Source: Marsupella aquatica
Taxonomy: Eukaryota > Plantae > Marchantiophyta
NCBI GenBank assembly: GCA_973895155.1
Contig: OZ316892.1
Coordinates: forward strand, 26,311,233 to 26,375,232
DNA length: 64,000 nucleotides
Reading direction: 5' to 3'
Under the pieces are notes generated by a model, which worked only from the letters and a program-made list of their open reading frames with translations, was not told where the DNA came from and did not search any database. This document shows positions 61,481 to 64,000 of this stretch, one piece after another (position 1 is the stretch's first letter; every line of letters starts with the position of its first letter). The translations under genes and the position numbers were made by a program.

Positions 61481-64000
61481 GATGATCTTTATTCCTCACA
61501 ATCAAGTAACTAGGATATTAACATAGGTAAAACTTGAATGATTTTTTGTGAAAAGACAAGAAAATATAAGGTTATGAAATGGATGGAAAACATTTAAGGG
61601 CCATGCAATATATTAGACTCAGGACACATTCTCCTTGTGTAAGACAATCTTTTGTTACGGACCCTATGAGAGGTCCCTTCCAAAATTCCTGGCACCACAG
61701 TGTGCCATGTCAACAACAATCGCAACAAACAGACTCATCAGTTTTGTGAATCAAACTTATAACTTTTATTCGTGTTTGTGTCAATTTGGGTGTAAATTTT
61801 GGGACGCCATGCCGTAAAAGGAAAAATAAACAATGAGAAATGCAAAGAGCAAGACAGTTAAAACTGTCACTAGTATGTAATCATTTTAGTTACTTATCCA
61901 TTTTAAAACTTAAATTCAAAAATTCAAAAAGTTTTTTTCATATAATAAATAATGACTAATAACTAACTTGATAATTTTCTTGTTAAAGGGCAATTGGCAC
62001 CTGGAGTAAGAATTCCTGCCCTTTGCAAGTAAGGTAAACTGCTAGCCATGTTCCAAACTTGAACTCAATAAAATAAATACAATTTATTTGATCAGACATT
62101 CATCTAATTTCAAATGGACTTGTCATGGATTGAATCCGGACTCTCGTAACTTGAGAATTTGGTAGCATGTAACGAAAAGGCCTGATTTTGACAAATGCTT
62201 GTGATAACCATGCTGTCAATTAGCCAAGGGGTCCACAAACTAATTTGGCTTTATATGGTAAATTAATTATTTTCTCTCTATTAGAGTTTCCTAGATTTGT
62301 TGTACTTCCCATAATTCCCTTCTCAAAAGAAGGGATGCATTATGGTAAATCAATGCCCTGTAAAATACAAAGAGAAAACCAAAATTTTATTGAGGCCACA
62401 TATCACATGCCAAGGTATAGGTTTTGACCATGCCTACCTGTCTTAGCTTTTGCCTAAACCTTTATTTCTTCAAAATTGACCATTTTATTTTATAACTCAC
62501 AAAAACTTTCAAATAAGTTGCTCCTACAAATATACAGGCCTGCAATTTTTTTAAAACCGGCCAATGTATAACATGCATTCCTTGTTCTTTCACAAATCTT
62601 CAGAAATATTTCACAACACCCATTGAAATGAGTCTATACTTTGTTGCGGCTGGTTGTGACATTTATATGCGCGGGAAGAGCAAAACATGAAATTTTGGAA
62701 CCAGATTCAAGTTTATTAACCAGCTTTTGTTTGTAAGTACTTTCAGGTGACCTTCGTTCCCTTGTGTGGTATTGACGGCCTGTGCACCCCCATTTCCAAA
62801 AACAAACAAAAAAACAAAAAAAAAATTCAGTTGAAAGCCAACGATTAACAAAATAAACTTGGGAAGTTGATTCCGTTGGTTTACGATCATTGCACATAAA
62901 AAAAAGCACTAGCGTACCGTTTACTACCTCGTGGCATGTGCCCACAAGTTGAGGCAAAATTTCTGTACCACAATGAATTCTATTGTTCTTTTATATGGTC
63001 AGGTACATTGTAGTACCTCGTGGCATGTGCCCACAAGTTTGGAAAAATTCTCCCTCAGTCATGCAATAAACTCTACTGTTCTTTCATGTCACCTGGTGTT
63101 GTAGCCAGATAGTAGATTGCTATATGCTGTGCAGTCACTTGGGAACTTGATTCCGTTCCTAGATTGCAAATTTTGGTAAGTACTCATTCTGTACGCGTGA
63201 AAGAGTGGAGCAACTGATTTTCTGTTTGCTCGCATGGTTGTGTACCGAATGATCGAAGGGCGGTGTGTATATAAAATCGGTATGAAATGAAAAGCTTAAA
63301 CTCTTCAAGAATTACTGTCCAATTTAATTGAGACCATTTCAATGCCTCTGAGTGAGCTCCATGTTTCTTGTTGGAGAGCAGTGGCGATGGACCCAAATGA
63401 GATAGGTGGAGCATTTCATTTTGGGTCCATATTTCATTTTGGATCCGACAAAATGAAGACGAAAGCCCAAAATGTCTTTAGCGTTAGAGCTACGTTTTCG
63501 TCGTCAGTACATGTACTGTAAGATTATAATTGGAGCACCATTATATTTTCTTGCCAATGGCTTATTAACATGGTTTCCAAGCGATTGAGCAATGATCATT
63601 TCAACGAGAGGTACGGTCGTACTACTATTGGACAAATGGATGGACAGCACGCTCTAACAAGAACATGGGAATTGTCTAACTATGGATAATTCACACATCT
63701 CGGGCGTCTTCAAGACTTCGATCTAAAGCAATCCCATTTCAACACCTCTCCGTGAGCTCTAATCCTCACATTCACTAACTGGACTCGTTGCATGATGAGT
63801 GTACCAGACTGGCTACCTATTATCGGGTGTTGATCTGGGTTTGGAGTTCGCGTGCACGATGAACACGAGTTCGTACTTCCAATTACTGCGCTAGAACAGT
63901 GCACCGCTTTCACGCCAGCCAATCTTGACGGGAGAGGCAGCAGCAGCTGTCCAAAATCAACGTAAGCAAACCCGCAGCTTATGCACGAGCTGGATCTCGT

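Noticed and set aside
59400-64000. Protein-coding gene from short ORFs (e.g. 63710-63922, 60560-60781)
   Set aside because: No recognisable domain, a non-ATG start for 63710-63922, and no consistent exon chain. Could be UTR or lncRNA of a gene outside the window.

Overview
Eukaryotic nuclear DNA from a land plant: spliceosomal GT-AG introns, plant TE families and plastid transit peptides. A bryophyte, probably a liverwort, is my inference from gene style and the Marchantia-like retroelement ORF. Three host protein genes were reconstructed exon by exon: a VAP4/MSP-domain protein (-), a plastid-targeted TPR protein (-) and plastid ribosomal protein uL13c (+). There are also two tRNA-Ser(CGA) genes. 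The first 35 kb is a TE nest with four main parts: (1) a 3.77-kb TG...CA, Athila-like solo-LTR candidate that appears to carry a ~580-codon gene inside it; (2) a complete 4.18-kb PIF/Harbinger with TTA TSD and two intact convergent ORFs; (3) a cryptic, heavily decayed Helitron Rep/Pif1 relic; (4) a very young Ty1/copia that lost RT, RNase H and the PPT by a deletion after insertion. Several MITEs and many two-copy tandem duplications are also present. The best candidate for something undescribed is the gene-in-an-LTR architecture at 2740-6505. All family assignments come from motif recognition by eye; no database search was run.
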